This document shows positions 29,184-38,964 of a stretch of DNA of 64,000 nt, piece after piece. The notes under the pieces are model-generated. The model saw only the letters and a program-made list of their open reading frames with translations, did no database searches and was not told the origin of the DNA. The stretch covers positions 7,232 through 71,231 of the forward strand of contig JAZQEX010000067.1 of assembly GCA_045539215.1 (NCBI GenBank), in the 5' to 3' direction. The position numbers and the translations under genes are program-made. Each line of letters opens with the position of its first letter. Positions within the stretch are counted from its first letter, which is position 1. The stretch comes from Eubacterium sp. (lineage in GTDB: Bacteria; Bacillota; Clostridia; Lachnospirales; Lachnospiraceae).

Positions 29184-29921
29184 TTATTCCAGCTCGCGGA
29201 TAATGGTCACATATTGCTCGACAAGCGGTACATAAAACATATTGCCATAGGCATAGCGCCATCCGCCGTTCGTCTCAATGGCGATCTCTGCATTGAACTC
29301 TTTCGTCGCTCCGCCTGACTGTTCTTTTGCAAAGCTTTCCGCCAGCTCAAAGGTATACTCGCCACCGTTTTCAGCCACATAGGATATGAAGCCTTTTCCA
29401 TAATTGTAAGCCTGGATGACGGTCTTTAAATCGCACTCCTGCGCCCTGGCCTCTTCGAGACATTCCGCAAAATGCACACACCCCTGCTTCACTGACGCCT
29501 CTTCACCGAGCGTATCCATCGGCAAACCTGCCGATTCGCTTGACTGCATCAGATCACTTGATCCGTATCCGCCGGACTCCACTTCCATAATCGCGAGGAG
29601 ATACTCTTTGTAATCCTCCACACCATATTCTGCAGCATACTGATCGATCAGATCTTCATATGCCTTGACACTTTGTGACACTTCGATCGCGTCTTCGTTT
29701 AGCGCTGCCATCTTTTTCTTATGGCTGACGGAGGCACTGATCACAATGGCCAGTACGATCACGATGATCACAAACAGCAATGCGATCGTTCTGCTGTGCT
29801 GTTTCAGCTTTTTCTTTCGACTGACCTGCCTTTTATGCGGGGCTTTTCTACTGTTTTGAGGTCTGTGATACCCTGCAGACCTTTTATAGTTTGCAGGTTT
29901 TCTTTTCTTTGACTTACTCAA
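29184..29921 (-). CDS. Membrane-anchored lysozyme-like protein
   Basis: Basic N-terminus, TM anchor, AIMEVESGG, DLMQSSES, QAYNYG, YGNMFY. Confidence 0.88.
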   Translation of the reverse strand: MSKSKKRKPANYKRSAGYHRPQNSRKAPHKRQVSRKKKLKQHSRTIALLFVIIVIVLAIVISASVSHKKKMAALNEDAIEVSQSVKAYEDLIDQYAAEYGVEDYKEYLLAIMEVESGGYGSSDLMQSSESAGLPMDTLGEEASVKQGCVHFAECLEEARAQECDLKTVIQAYNYGKGFISYVAENGGEYTFELAESFAKEQSGGATKEFNAEIAIETNGGWRYAYGNMFYVPLVEQYVTIIRELE

Positions 29922-30062
29922 ATATTATCCTCGCTAAAACCAATATTTTTGTTTCAACTATCTATCCTACTTGATTTATCTGCATTTTTCAATGCAAACC
30001 GCAGATTCACTGGTAGATTATTATAAATAATGTTATACTGAAAACACGAGGAGGGCACAACT

Positions 30063-30437
30063 ATGGCAAATGTTTTTCACAAATTTCAGGACGTTTTTTA
30101 TCGTATAATCGATGCACCCGATGATGAGACACGGAATGCGATCATCATGCATGAACAGATGATGACCGCTGATTTTGTCGGTACACTGCGCAATATCAAA
30201 GATGCTGAGAACAGAGATATTGCTTCTCAGATCATCAATGAAGCCAGAACCGGCACACACAGAAGATTCGCGGATGAGCTTGCAGAGTTTGATGCGGCGC
30301 CGAACAGAGCGATCGGCAACAGGGCGATCGATTCTCTTCTGGTACTGATGAATGAATACGCTTCCATCATTGTTCAGGTCAAGAATGCACCTACGCGCGA
30401 AGAAGGAAACGCCTATATCGACAGATGTCTTGAATAA
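30063..30437 (+). CDS. Hypothetical protein with four internal ~30-aa repeats
   Basis: GAGGAGG RBS, downstream terminator, repeated xxAPxxExxNxxI. Confidence 0.75.
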   Translation: MANVFHKFQDVFYRIIDAPDDETRNAIIMHEQMMTADFVGTLRNIKDAENRDIASQIINEARTGTHRRFADELAEFDAAPNRAIGNRAIDSLLVLMNEYASIIVQVKNAPTREEGNAYIDRCLE

Positions 30438-30454
30438 ACAGTTTTATTAAATGC

Positions 30455-30496
30455 AAAAGCCTCACAGGATGAAGTTCATCTCCTGTGAGGCTTTTT
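30455..30496. terminator. Bidirectional terminator
   Basis: AAAAGCCTCACAGGA/TCCTGTGAGGCTTTT. Confidence 0.85.
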
Positions 30497-31210
30497 CTAT
30501 TCCTCTGCTGCCAGATCGTTTATGATTTCTCCGGCAATGATCAGTCCTGCGACCGAAGGCACAAATGCAGTCGATCCCGGGATCACTTTGTTCCCGGTGG
30601 TTTCTTCTTCAGCTTTGCCAAGTGGTTTCAGCGCCTGCTCTTTTGAGTAGACCACCTTCAGGGAATCAATCCCCCGCTTTTTGCATTCCCGCCGCATGAC
30701 CTTTGCCAGGGGACATACCGACGTTTTATAAATGTCCGCAACCTCAAATGACGCAGGATGGATCTTATTTCCTGCTCCCATTGAAGAGATGACGGGAACA
30801 CCCGCTTCCTTCGCAGCCTCGATGATCGTAAGCTTCCCGGTCACGGTATCGATCGCATCCACCACATAGTCATACTGTCTGAAATCAACCTGATCCTTTG
30901 TCTCGGGCAGATAAAAGGTACGATACGTCCGAACCACACAGTCCGGTGCAATCGATGCCACGCGCCTTGCCGCAGCATCTACTTTATAATCACCGATGGT
31001 ATCCATGGTTGCGATGATCTGGCGGTTTAGATTGGTCAATGAAACGGTATCATGATCGATCAGATCCAATGCGCCGATGCCGGATCTTGCCAGTGCCTCC
31101 ACGACATATCCGCCGACCCCGCCGATCCCGAATACCGCTACCCTTGCGGACGCGAATCGTTTCATCGCTTCCTCTCCATATAACAGTTGTGTCCTGGAAA
31201 ATGGATTCAT
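30497..31210 (-). CDS. tcdA: tRNA threonylcarbamoyladenosine dehydratase (ThiF family)
   Basis: GIGGVG, NLNRQ, DAID, SMGAGNK, CPLAK. Confidence 0.88.
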   Translation of the reverse strand: MNPFSRTQLLYGEEAMKRFASARVAVFGIGGVGGYVVEALARSGIGALDLIDHDTVSLTNLNRQIIATMDTIGDYKVDAAARRVASIAPDCVVRTYRTFYLPETKDQVDFRQYDYVVDAIDTVTGKLTIIEAAKEAGVPVISSMGAGNKIHPASFEVADIYKTSVCPLAKVMRRECKKRGIDSLKVVYSKEQALKPLGKAEEETTGNKVIPGSTAFVPSVAGLIIAGEIINDLAAEE

Positions 31211-31237
31211 CCTAAACTCTTACCCTTCGAATCAAAA

Positions 31238-32590
31238 TCACGCTTTTACTTTTTTAAAGCAAAGCATCGTCATATCATCAAACTGCCTGTTTCCTTTGAT
31301 AAATACTTCAACCGACTCTCTTACATCTGCAATGATTTCAGCCGGGCTGCTGTCACTTTTTCCCGAAAAGCATTCAAGCAGCCTTTCCTCGCCAAAAAGC
31401 CTGTTTTCCTTATCATCTGCTTCAGTCACACCGTCCGTATACAGATATAAAATATCACCTTGCGCGATCGGGATAGAGTGCTTGGTATATTTCATATTCT
31501 CCATACCGGCAAGGACGAAACTGTTTTTGACATTCAGAAATGCTGCCTTCCCGTCATGAAACAAAACCGGCGGATTATGTCCTGCGCTGACAAAGGTGAT
31601 TGTCGATTCTGTTAGATCAAAGATTCCCACCCATAATGTAAGAAACATTTCTGCGTCATTTCCCTGGCAAAGCGCATTGTTTGCAGCCGCAACCGCTTCC
31701 GACAGATCCGGAATATCACGAACGCAGTTTTGCAGAGTGATCTTAGCTGAAGCCATAAACAGTGCTGCCGGAACACCTTTTCCCGAAACATCTCCGACCA
31801 CAAATGCCAGATGCGTAGAATCTACATAAAAAACATCGTAAAAATCACCGCCAACCTCCTTTGCAGCCTTCATGGATGCGCTGATATCCAATTCCTTCAC
31901 GCCCGGGTAATCTTCTGTGATTCGCGGGAGCAGGGAATGCTGTATCGTACTCGCAACCTCCAGCTCCGACTGAAGACGGCTTCTCTCAAGGGCAAGCGAC
32001 CTCTGCCGCTCTGCATAGTTAATGATGGCGATCATGATCATAAATCCCAGCGCATTCACTATAATAAACGGCAGCGCGATCTGTTTTACAATATCCACTG
32101 CAGTTGCAAACGGCTTGACCATGATCAAAACGATGCATAAATGGAAAACTTCCATACAGGCACTGAGCAAAAGCGCGAATTGTGGTTTTTCAATCACCTT
32201 ATGCCACTTACGGGAAAGAATACCACAGATCAAACCGATACAGCAGGTCGCGACAACACACGCCTGTGCCGTGATACCTCCCATCGACAGCCTGTGCAAT
32301 CCCGCGATTGCCCCGGCAATGAGACCTCCCAGTGGTCCGCCTGTAAAGCCGGCAAGCATAGGACCGATATCGCGGACTGAGATCACGGCTCCGTTCAGAT
32401 TAAATCCGGATATGTTTCCATAAATACCGAAAGCACCGCCGAGGATACCTGTGAGCAGAGAATACTTCCATCTTTTCTGATTTTTAACTAATTTTGAAAT
32501 GATATCACTGGTTCCAAAAACAGCCGAAATGATCAAAATCACAGCCAGTGTGCCTATCATTTTTGAGAACATAGCACTCATCGTAACCAC
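31238..32590 (-). CDS. 5TM-LYT sensor fused to SpoIIE/PP2C phosphatase
   Basis: N-terminal RDIGPMLAG..GGP..HR; C-terminal VGGDFYD, DVSGKG, AGH, TDGVTEA, DDMT. Confidence 0.9.
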   Translation of the reverse strand: MVTMSAMFSKMIGTLAVILIISAVFGTSDIISKLVKNQKRWKYSLLTGILGGAFGIYGNISGFNLNGAVISVRDIGPMLAGFTGGPLGGLIAGAIAGLHRLSMGGITAQACVVATCCIGLICGILSRKWHKVIEKPQFALLLSACMEVFHLCIVLIMVKPFATAVDIVKQIALPFIIVNALGFMIMIAIINYAERQRSLALERSRLQSELEVASTIQHSLLPRITEDYPGVKELDISASMKAAKEVGGDFYDVFYVDSTHLAFVVGDVSGKGVPAALFMASAKITLQNCVRDIPDLSEAVAAANNALCQGNDAEMFLTLWVGIFDLTESTITFVSAGHNPPVLFHDGKAAFLNVKNSFVLAGMENMKYTKHSIPIAQGDILYLYTDGVTEADDKENRLFGEERLLECFSGKSDSSPAEIIADVRESVEVFIKGNRQFDDMTMLCFKKVKA

Positions 32591-33612
32591 CCATCATCCA
32601 TCGCCTGAAAGGCTTCGTGCTGCGCCAGCACCGTTTTTAAGTTCTCGGCTTCGACAAATACGCTTTTTGTCTGCGGAAACCGCTCCTTGATATGCGCTTC
32701 AATGCGATCGATTGAGGAGAACACTTCGTTTGCCGTCTTTGTCGGATCGAAATTCGCGTCAATATTGATCACCAGACTCTCCGGTCCCATGTAGATGGAA
32801 AGAATGCGTCCGCAGCGCACGATGCTCTCATCTGCTTCCACAATCTGTTTGACTTCTTCAAGTTCTTCTATCTCGAGGCCTTCTCCGATCAGCAATCCCT
32901 TGGTCTCCCATAACAGAATGATCGCAACACATGCCAGCAGTACACCGATGCAGATCGCTGCGATCCCATCGAAATACGGATTCTTGAAAAGATGTCCGAG
33001 AAACAGACCCAAGAATGCGATCACAAGACCCAATTCCGCTGCCGTGTCTTCCAGCACAACCGTATAAAGCGAAGGGTCTTTTGCTTCTCTGATAAACTGA
33101 AATGGCTTTTTAGAGCCGCGCGCCGCATTGAACTGTCTGATGGCTACAGACAACGAGAATCCCTCGATGGCCATGGAGATCACGAGTATGATATATGCCA
33201 CCGTCGGATCTTCCAGTACAGTGTTCGGCCCCACTTCTCCTACGGCCCGGATGCCTTCCCACATGGAAACACCGCCGCCAAGCGCAAAGATCAGAATCGA
33301 AACGACAAGCGTCCAGAAATACAGTTCCTTGCCATAGCCAAAAGGATGTGCGAAGTTTGCCGGCTTCTTTGCGCGATGGATCCCCAAAAGAACCAGCAGA
33401 CCATTACCGGAGTCGACAATGGAATGCACACCTTCCGAAAACATGGCAGGCGATCCGGTAATCGCAGAAGCAATAAACTTTACCACACCGATCGCGATAT
33501 TTGCCAGGATCGCTGCGACGACCGCTACCGTTGACTCACCATGCGGCTGGGTCTCAACCTCGGAATGCTGCCCCTGTTTTTTTGTTTTTCCGTTCTGCTC
33601 TGTCTGTTTCAT
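32578..33612 (-). CDS. Cation diffusion facilitator transporter
   Basis: EGVHSIVD, HPFGYGKE, LEDTAA. Confidence 0.9.
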   Translation of the reverse strand: MKQTEQNGKTKKQGQHSEVETQPHGESTVAVVAAILANIAIGVVKFIASAITGSPAMFSEGVHSIVDSGNGLLVLLGIHRAKKPANFAHPFGYGKELYFWTLVVSILIFALGGGVSMWEGIRAVGEVGPNTVLEDPTVAYIILVISMAIEGFSLSVAIRQFNAARGSKKPFQFIREAKDPSLYTVVLEDTAAELGLVIAFLGLFLGHLFKNPYFDGIAAICIGVLLACVAIILLWETKGLLIGEGLEIEELEEVKQIVEADESIVRCGRILSIYMGPESLVINIDANFDPTKTANEVFSSIDRIEAHIKERFPQTKSVFVEAENLKTVLAQHEAFQAMDDGWLR

Positions 33613-33677
33613 GCCAATAGTCCTCTTATGAATTCTGTCAAACCTCAACAACGTTTCAACCGGTCAGATATAAAAAT

Positions 33678-33714
33678 CTCCCCACCGCCACAATGGCAGT
33701 GGGGAGGCTTTTTT
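33678..33714. terminator. Hairpin, copy 1 of a 29-nt repeat
   Basis: CTCCCCAC/GTGGGGAG stem; 23/29 identical to 38965-38993. Confidence 0.7.
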
Positions 33715-33720
33715 GACCGA

Positions 33721-34674
33721 TCAGGCTTTGTTAAACTTATCCTTTCCCTGCTTGCATCTCGGGCACTTCCAGTCATCCGGAAGGTCCTCAAAAGCAACGC
33801 CATCGTGCTCTGCAGGATCATATACATAACCACAGATTGAACAGATGTATTTGCCGGTTCCTTCGTCGAGGACAAAATAGTCTTCTGACGGCCAGATCGT
33901 CTCCGGAGGATTATCCAGATCCATTACTTTTTTCGCTTCAAGGTTCTCATAACCCTGCGGTGTATGTGTTCCGCAATATACGGTTGGCTGATTGCGGATA
34001 AATTCACGGATCGTGTTCTGCGTGCTTCTCGTCAGATGGATATCATCACAAACAACAGACAGCTTATCTGCATACATTGCCTCGTCTACATAGGAAATGT
34101 CTCCATGGAACATATAGAACAGGCCCTCATCCTCTGCGATGATGATGCTGTTTCCATAGGTGTGGCCGGGTGCCGGAATCATACGCACGCCCGGTGCAAT
34201 GATCTGGCTTCTTGTGAAGTTGTAATAAGGTCCATCTGTAAAGTCCACCGGTGTAATGCCCGGATGGTCTTTGAGCGCCTTTATTTCATCTGTTTCCAGC
34301 TCCACTCTGTTCACATAGAACTTTGCATTCGGAAAGCTTCTGATCTCTCCGGAATGATCGGAATGCTTATGTGTTAGAACGATTTTTGTAACCTGCTCCG
34401 GCTCATAGCCTGCCGTCTTGAGTGCAGATACATAATCCTCGACCCATTTCCCCATAAAGGTACTTACTTTTCCGTCCCAGACCGGCTCCGGCGTCTCCTT
34501 CGGAAGTCCTGTATCCACCAGGATCACATCATCCCCTGTGTCGATCACATAGTTCTGAAGAGAACCACGATATCTGACATTGTTATCATAATGCTCTGCG
34601 CCATCTTCTCCGCCAAATGCAAAGCCCTGTGCATAGAAGCCTTTTTCAAAATATTTTACTGCTTTGATAACCAC
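33721..34674 (-). CDS. Metallo-beta-lactamase-fold hydrolase with C-terminal rubredoxin
   Basis: [17 protein letters not shown]; CSICGYVYD...WKCPRC; GTG start with AGGAGG. Confidence 0.9.
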   Translation of the reverse strand: MVIKAVKYFEKGFYAQGFAFGGEDGAEHYDNNVRYRGSLQNYVIDTGDDVILVDTGLPKETPEPVWDGKVSTFMGKWVEDYVSALKTAGYEPEQVTKIVLTHKHSDHSGEIRSFPNAKFYVNRVELETDEIKALKDHPGITPVDFTDGPYYNFTRSQIIAPGVRMIPAPGHTYGNSIIIAEDEGLFYMFHGDISYVDEAMYADKLSVVCDDIHLTRSTQNTIREFIRNQPTVYCGTHTPQGYENLEAKKVMDLDNPPETIWPSEDYFVLDEGTGKYICSICGYVYDPAEHDGVAFEDLPDDWKCPRCKQGKDKFNKA

Positions 34675-34759
34675 GGCAACTCCTCCTTTTTCTGCTTTTT
34701 AAAACAACTTGGGCCTATCAATATTTTACACGTATCACTTTGTTTTTTCAATTTGCATT

Positions 34760-35896
34760 TTAATCTGAAACATCCACATCCGGTGCGATATGGATATTGT
34801 ATTCCGGATATGCTTCTTTGATCTCCTGATAAAGGATCTGAACGCCTTCCCTCGGCCTGATATCGAAGCTCATCACAACGTCAAACTGCATTTCCTTTGC
34901 TTCCGTATCCACATAAAATCCATGAAGCTGAATCGCCCAGTCATGTTCCATGACGCGGTCATGAACATCCTTCTGGATCTCAGCAGCCACATCGTCGCCG
35001 GTGTTATAGGAATACAGGCCAACGGCAGCGAGGACGACACCGGTTTCTTCGTAAACTTTTCTTTCCAGCTTTCTGGTCAGCTTATCGATCTCTCTTGCAG
35101 ACATTGTGTCAGGCAATTCCAGATGAACGGAAGCAAAATCTTTATCGGGACCGTAATTGTAGAGAATCAGATCATAAGCACCTCTGACCTCCTCATCTTC
35201 AGAAAGCAGCGCTTTGATCCTGTCAGTTTTTTCCTTATCCGGTCTGGCCCCTAAGATTTCATTCAACGTTTCCCTCATCATCTCAATTCCGGCCTTAATG
35301 ATGAAAACGGCAATGATCACACCGACGTATGCCTCAAGTGAAAGACCGGTCGCAATATAAATGATCGCAGAAACCAGTACGGAAAACGAAAGAATGGCGT
35401 CAAACATTGCATCGGAACCGGAAGCAACCAGCGATCCGGAATTGACCTGTTTGCCTTTTGCCTTCACATATCTTCCAAGAATGATCTTGACGACAACGGC
35501 TACTGCAATGATCAGAAGTGAAATGGTACTGTAATCCGGTTTTTCAGGATGGATGATCTTTTTTACGGACTCCACAGCAGATGTGATACCTGCATAGAGA
35601 ACGATTCCCGAAACGATCATTGCACTGAGATACTCGATCCTTCCGTATCCAAGCGGATGTTTCTTATCGGGAAGCTTCCCGGCAAGTTTCGTCCCTATGA
35701 TCGTAATGATAGAAGACAGGGCATCAGACAGATTGTTAACGGCATCCAAAGTCACCGCAATGGAATTGGACAGAATACCGATTACTGCCTTAAACGCTGC
35801 CAGTAATACATTTGCCAGGATTCCTATGATACTGGTGCGGATTATCACTTTATCGCGTTTTTCTTCTGTCGTTACCGTCACTTCCTTATTTTCCAT
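34760..35896 (-). CDS. Cation diffusion facilitator transporter
   Basis: DAVNNLSD, HPLGYGRIEY, DAMFD. Confidence 0.9.
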   Translation of the reverse strand: MENKEVTVTTEEKRDKVIIRTSIIGILANVLLAAFKAVIGILSNSIAVTLDAVNNLSDALSSIITIIGTKLAGKLPDKKHPLGYGRIEYLSAMIVSGIVLYAGITSAVESVKKIIHPEKPDYSTISLLIIAVAVVVKIILGRYVKAKGKQVNSGSLVASGSDAMFDAILSFSVLVSAIIYIATGLSLEAYVGVIIAVFIIKAGIEMMRETLNEILGARPDKEKTDRIKALLSEDEEVRGAYDLILYNYGPDKDFASVHLELPDTMSAREIDKLTRKLERKVYEETGVVLAAVGLYSYNTGDDVAAEIQKDVHDRVMEHDWAIQLHGFYVDTEAKEMQFDVVMSFDIRPREGVQILYQEIKEAYPEYNIHIAPDVDVSD

Positions 35897-35939
35897 TTTC
35901 GATTCTCCTTTTTGTCATCAACATTACAGTCTCCTCGTT
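35886..35939 (-). repeat. Degenerate rlmD 3'-end copy (att-like)
   Basis: Translates NEETVMLMTKRRIENGK*; 35925-35939 matches 37442-37456 at 14/15. Confidence 0.7.
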
Positions 35940-35969
35940 ATTTGATTTAGGTGGGGAAATTCATAGCCA

Positions 35970-37184
35970 TTATAGTTCTTCAAGCGATTTTTCATTCAGA
36001 AGGAAATCGATCGCATTTATCTTTTTATAGCCGTTTTCCATAATCGTAAACGGGTCATCATCCATCGTAATCACAATTTTTTTATATCCGTCATCCAGCT
36101 TACGGAATGAACCTAACTCCTGCTGACGCTTTTCCGGATCGATCATGCTGTAAGCCGCCTGGATATAATACGTATCCTCACTACTTTGGGCTATGAAATC
36201 GATCTCTTTTTCTTTGTTTTTCCCGATATCGACCGTATAACCTCGTCTTACTAATTCCAGATAAACTATGTTTTCAAGTGCATGCGTGACTTCGATCTGC
36301 CTGTAATTCATATGTGCATTTCGGAGCCCCATATCGGATATGTAATACTTATTTAAGGTTTTAAGATATTCTTTACCTTTGATATCATAGCGGTAAACTT
36401 TATAGAACAAAAACGCCTCGCATAAGTAGGTAAGGTAATTACCGACTGTGTCCGGAGTGATCGACTTGAATCCGCTGCTCTTGAGGGTATCGGAGATTTT
36501 TTTTGCGCTAACCAGAGAACCGATATTTGAACAGAGGAAATCATACACCGCCTCAAATACGATCGGATTGCGCAATTTATATCGGTCAATGATATCCTTT
36601 GTGGCAACTGTCGATTCAAGCATCTTTAAGTATTCTGTTTTGCCCGTTTCATCCTCTTCCGTTGCCGCATAAGGGAATCCGCCGTATTTCATATACGTAT
36701 TAAAACAGGAACGTTTATCTCCGCCTATATAACTATAGTATTCCGAAAACGAAAGCGGATACACTTTGATCTCAATGCTTCGTCCACGAAGTGCTGTAGA
36801 AATATCATCTGACAGCATTTGGGAATTGGATCCGGTAATATAGACATCGCAATTATTGTTTTTCAGACTGTTTACCAAATCTTCAAAACCCTTAATGTAC
36901 TGGATCTCATCAATCATGATATAATACCGGCCCTCTTCACATTTGAGGTCCATTATGTGCTTGTAAAGGTTCTCACTGTCACGCAGCTGGTTTTCAACGT
37001 CGTTTTCCAGATTGATACGGATAATGTGATTATCATCGACTCCAATATCGATTAGATACTTGTAATAAATATCAAAAAGCAATACTGATTTACCGCATCG
37101 TCTTACGCCAGTGATGACTTTGATCAGATCTTTGTCTTTATAATGTTTCAGTTTTTCCAGATATGATGGCCTGTCAATAATCAT
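35970..37184 (-). CDS. AAA_14 + DUF4143 ATP-binding protein
   Basis: GVRRCGKS, IDEIQ, TGSNS, YGGFP, LENIV, EIDF. Confidence 0.9.
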   Translation of the reverse strand: MIIDRPSYLEKLKHYKDKDLIKVITGVRRCGKSVLLFDIYYKYLIDIGVDDNHIIRINLENDVENQLRDSENLYKHIMDLKCEEGRYYIMIDEIQYIKGFEDLVNSLKNNNCDVYITGSNSQMLSDDISTALRGRSIEIKVYPLSFSEYYSYIGGDKRSCFNTYMKYGGFPYAATEEDETGKTEYLKMLESTVATKDIIDRYKLRNPIVFEAVYDFLCSNIGSLVSAKKISDTLKSSGFKSITPDTVGNYLTYLCEAFLFYKVYRYDIKGKEYLKTLNKYYISDMGLRNAHMNYRQIEVTHALENIVYLELVRRGYTVDIGKNKEKEIDFIAQSSEDTYYIQAAYSMIDPEKRQQELGSFRKLDDGYKKIVITMDDDPFTIMENGYKKINAIDFLLNEKSLEEL

Positions 37185-37229
37185 AATAACCCCTCCGCAG
37201 TTCCATTCTACTCGAAAAAATTTTTATTT

Positions 37230-37352
37230 TCAATATTTTTTCGAATAGCTTTCGTGTGCAAGAAGAGACGAGACAGATGGAATACTCTCTTTCCATCTGT
37301 CCCTGTCGTTTGTCAATATCCCAAGTTCTTTATATATTTCTGATTCTCTCAT
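37230..37352 (-). pseudogene. 40-codon fragment, probably a truncated helical-repeat gene
   Basis: MRESEIYKELGILTNDRDRWKESIPSVSSLLAHES then runs into the next promoter; ATGA overlap with the upstream tail. Confidence 0.4.
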
Positions 37353-37456
37353 CGCATGTTTCCCTGGTACTTTTCACTGGCATTCGCTTCATCAAAATCG
37401 ATTGAAACAAAACCATCGACTTTTTCTCTACGTAAAAGAACTACAGTCTCCACGTT
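37349..37456 (-). repeat. Displaced rlmD 3'-end copy (att-like)
   Basis: Translates NVETVVLLRREKVDGFVSIDFDE...*; shares CTCCACGT (37448-37455) with rlmD 39652-39659. Confidence 0.8.
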
Positions 37457-37526
37457 GTTCCCTGCGGACAAGAATTTAGGGTCACCTTTTGTATCATATC
37501 TGACAGGAAGTCAGGAAACGATGTCA

Positions 37527-38798
37527 TTAATCCTTCAGACATGTGACCGGAACGACATACACGCCGTCTTCACGTTTATAGGCAAATGGAGCCACTCCGC
37601 ATAAAACCATCATAAAGGCCGGATCACGCATTTTTTCTATATCAATTCTGCCAGCTAGTTTTTTAAGGTTCTCAGCCCCTTCGTTGATCAACTTGTCTCC
37701 ACCCAGTTTCACTTCAACCAAACCATATCTGCCATTTCTCAAATGGATCACAGCATCACATTCAAGACCCGTTTTATCTCTGTAATGATAAACAGTGCCA
37801 TCCAATGCTTCCGCATATATCCTTAGATCTCTGACGCACAGGTTTTCAAATATTAAGCCCATCAATTCCAGGTCATTGATCAGATCCACCGGACCGATAC
37901 CAAGCGCTGCGGTCGCCACAGACGGATCAACAAAATATCTTGTATCCGATGTGCGGATTGCTGTCTTTGACCGCAGATTTGGATTCCATGCCGGAGAGTC
38001 TTCGATGACAAAAATCCTCTTTAGAGCATTCAAATAGCTATAAAGAGTTTCCTTGTCAAAGGTTTCTATATCATTACTTATCACATCCGTTCGAATGGTT
38101 TCCAGAGAGACCTGTGTCGATACATTTCTGGCATACGATCTCATGATGCGCTTCGTTCTCTCGGGATTCCGCTTCACACCATCTGCTCTGGAAATATCGT
38201 CATTTATGACTGCATCATAATAATCGAAGGCTTGCCTTAAAGCGACTTTCTCTGAGTGATTCAACGCTGCAGGCCATCCTCCCCGACAAATCATGAAAGC
38301 AATGTCTTCAATACTGTGATTATCAATACCAGATATGTCATTTCCATTAAACAAGTCACTTAATGACACCTGTCCACTGGAATCCCTGGATTCAAACAAA
38401 GACATCGGCCTCATACGCATGCGAACGATTCGTCCTGTTCCCGTGTGCATACTTTCATCCAATTTAACCGGAACGGAAGAACCGGTAAGAATGAATTGAC
38501 CAAATTCACCTCTTCGGTCCACCTCATACCGCACTGCATTCCAGATATTCGTTGCAATCTGACATTCATCAATCAAGTGCGGGACTTCACCTTCAAGAAG
38601 ATTTGAAGGCTTTATTCTTGCCATTTGTTGATATTGCTCTGTCATATCCGGACGGTCCATTTCTACGACACTCTTTGCAATATGCTTTGCCGAGGTGGTT
38701 TTTCCGCACCATTTAGCTCCTTCGATCAATACCGCCCCTTTAGACTCTAAATGTTCCAGCAATACCTTATCAGAAACTCTTTGATAGTATTCTTTCAC
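37527..38798 (-). CDS. AAA_14 + DUF4143 ATP-binding protein
   Basis: GAKWCGKT, LIDE, LTGS, HTGTGR, GGWP, FENL, ECDAV, EVKLG; GTG start. Confidence 0.9.
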   Translation of the reverse strand: MKEYYQRVSDKVLLEHLESKGAVLIEGAKWCGKTTSAKHIAKSVVEMDRPDMTEQYQQMARIKPSNLLEGEVPHLIDECQIATNIWNAVRYEVDRRGEFGQFILTGSSVPVKLDESMHTGTGRIVRMRMRPMSLFESRDSSGQVSLSDLFNGNDISGIDNHSIEDIAFMICRGGWPAALNHSEKVALRQAFDYYDAVINDDISRADGVKRNPERTKRIMRSYARNVSTQVSLETIRTDVISNDIETFDKETLYSYLNALKRIFVIEDSPAWNPNLRSKTAIRTSDTRYFVDPSVATAALGIGPVDLINDLELMGLIFENLCVRDLRIYAEALDGTVYHYRDKTGLECDAVIHLRNGRYGLVEVKLGGDKLINEGAENLKKLAGRIDIEKMRDPAFMMVLCGVAPFAYKREDGVYVVPVTCLKD

Positions 38799-38964
38799 TA
38801 ATGATCTCCTTATATCAAATGCATGTCGATTATATGGACTATTTTCAATCGACTATTTGGCTGTATTTTACCCGAGCATTTGGACCTTGTCAACAATGCA
38901 AACGTAATTTTTTGCGTGTGTTTTGTGACTGCGCATCACAATCGACATCGAAGCATAATAAGAA

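Noticed and set aside
29184-29921. Lysozyme-like gene as a conjugative or phage lysin
   Set aside because: No NlpC/P60 or CHAP partner domain and no mobile-element neighbours; it looks like a chromosomal membrane-anchored enzyme.
37272-37300. GACAGATGGAA/TTCCATCTGTC hairpin as a terminator or IS end
   Set aside because: It lies inside the truncated ORF, lacks a U-tract and has no transposase or target duplication; function unsupported.
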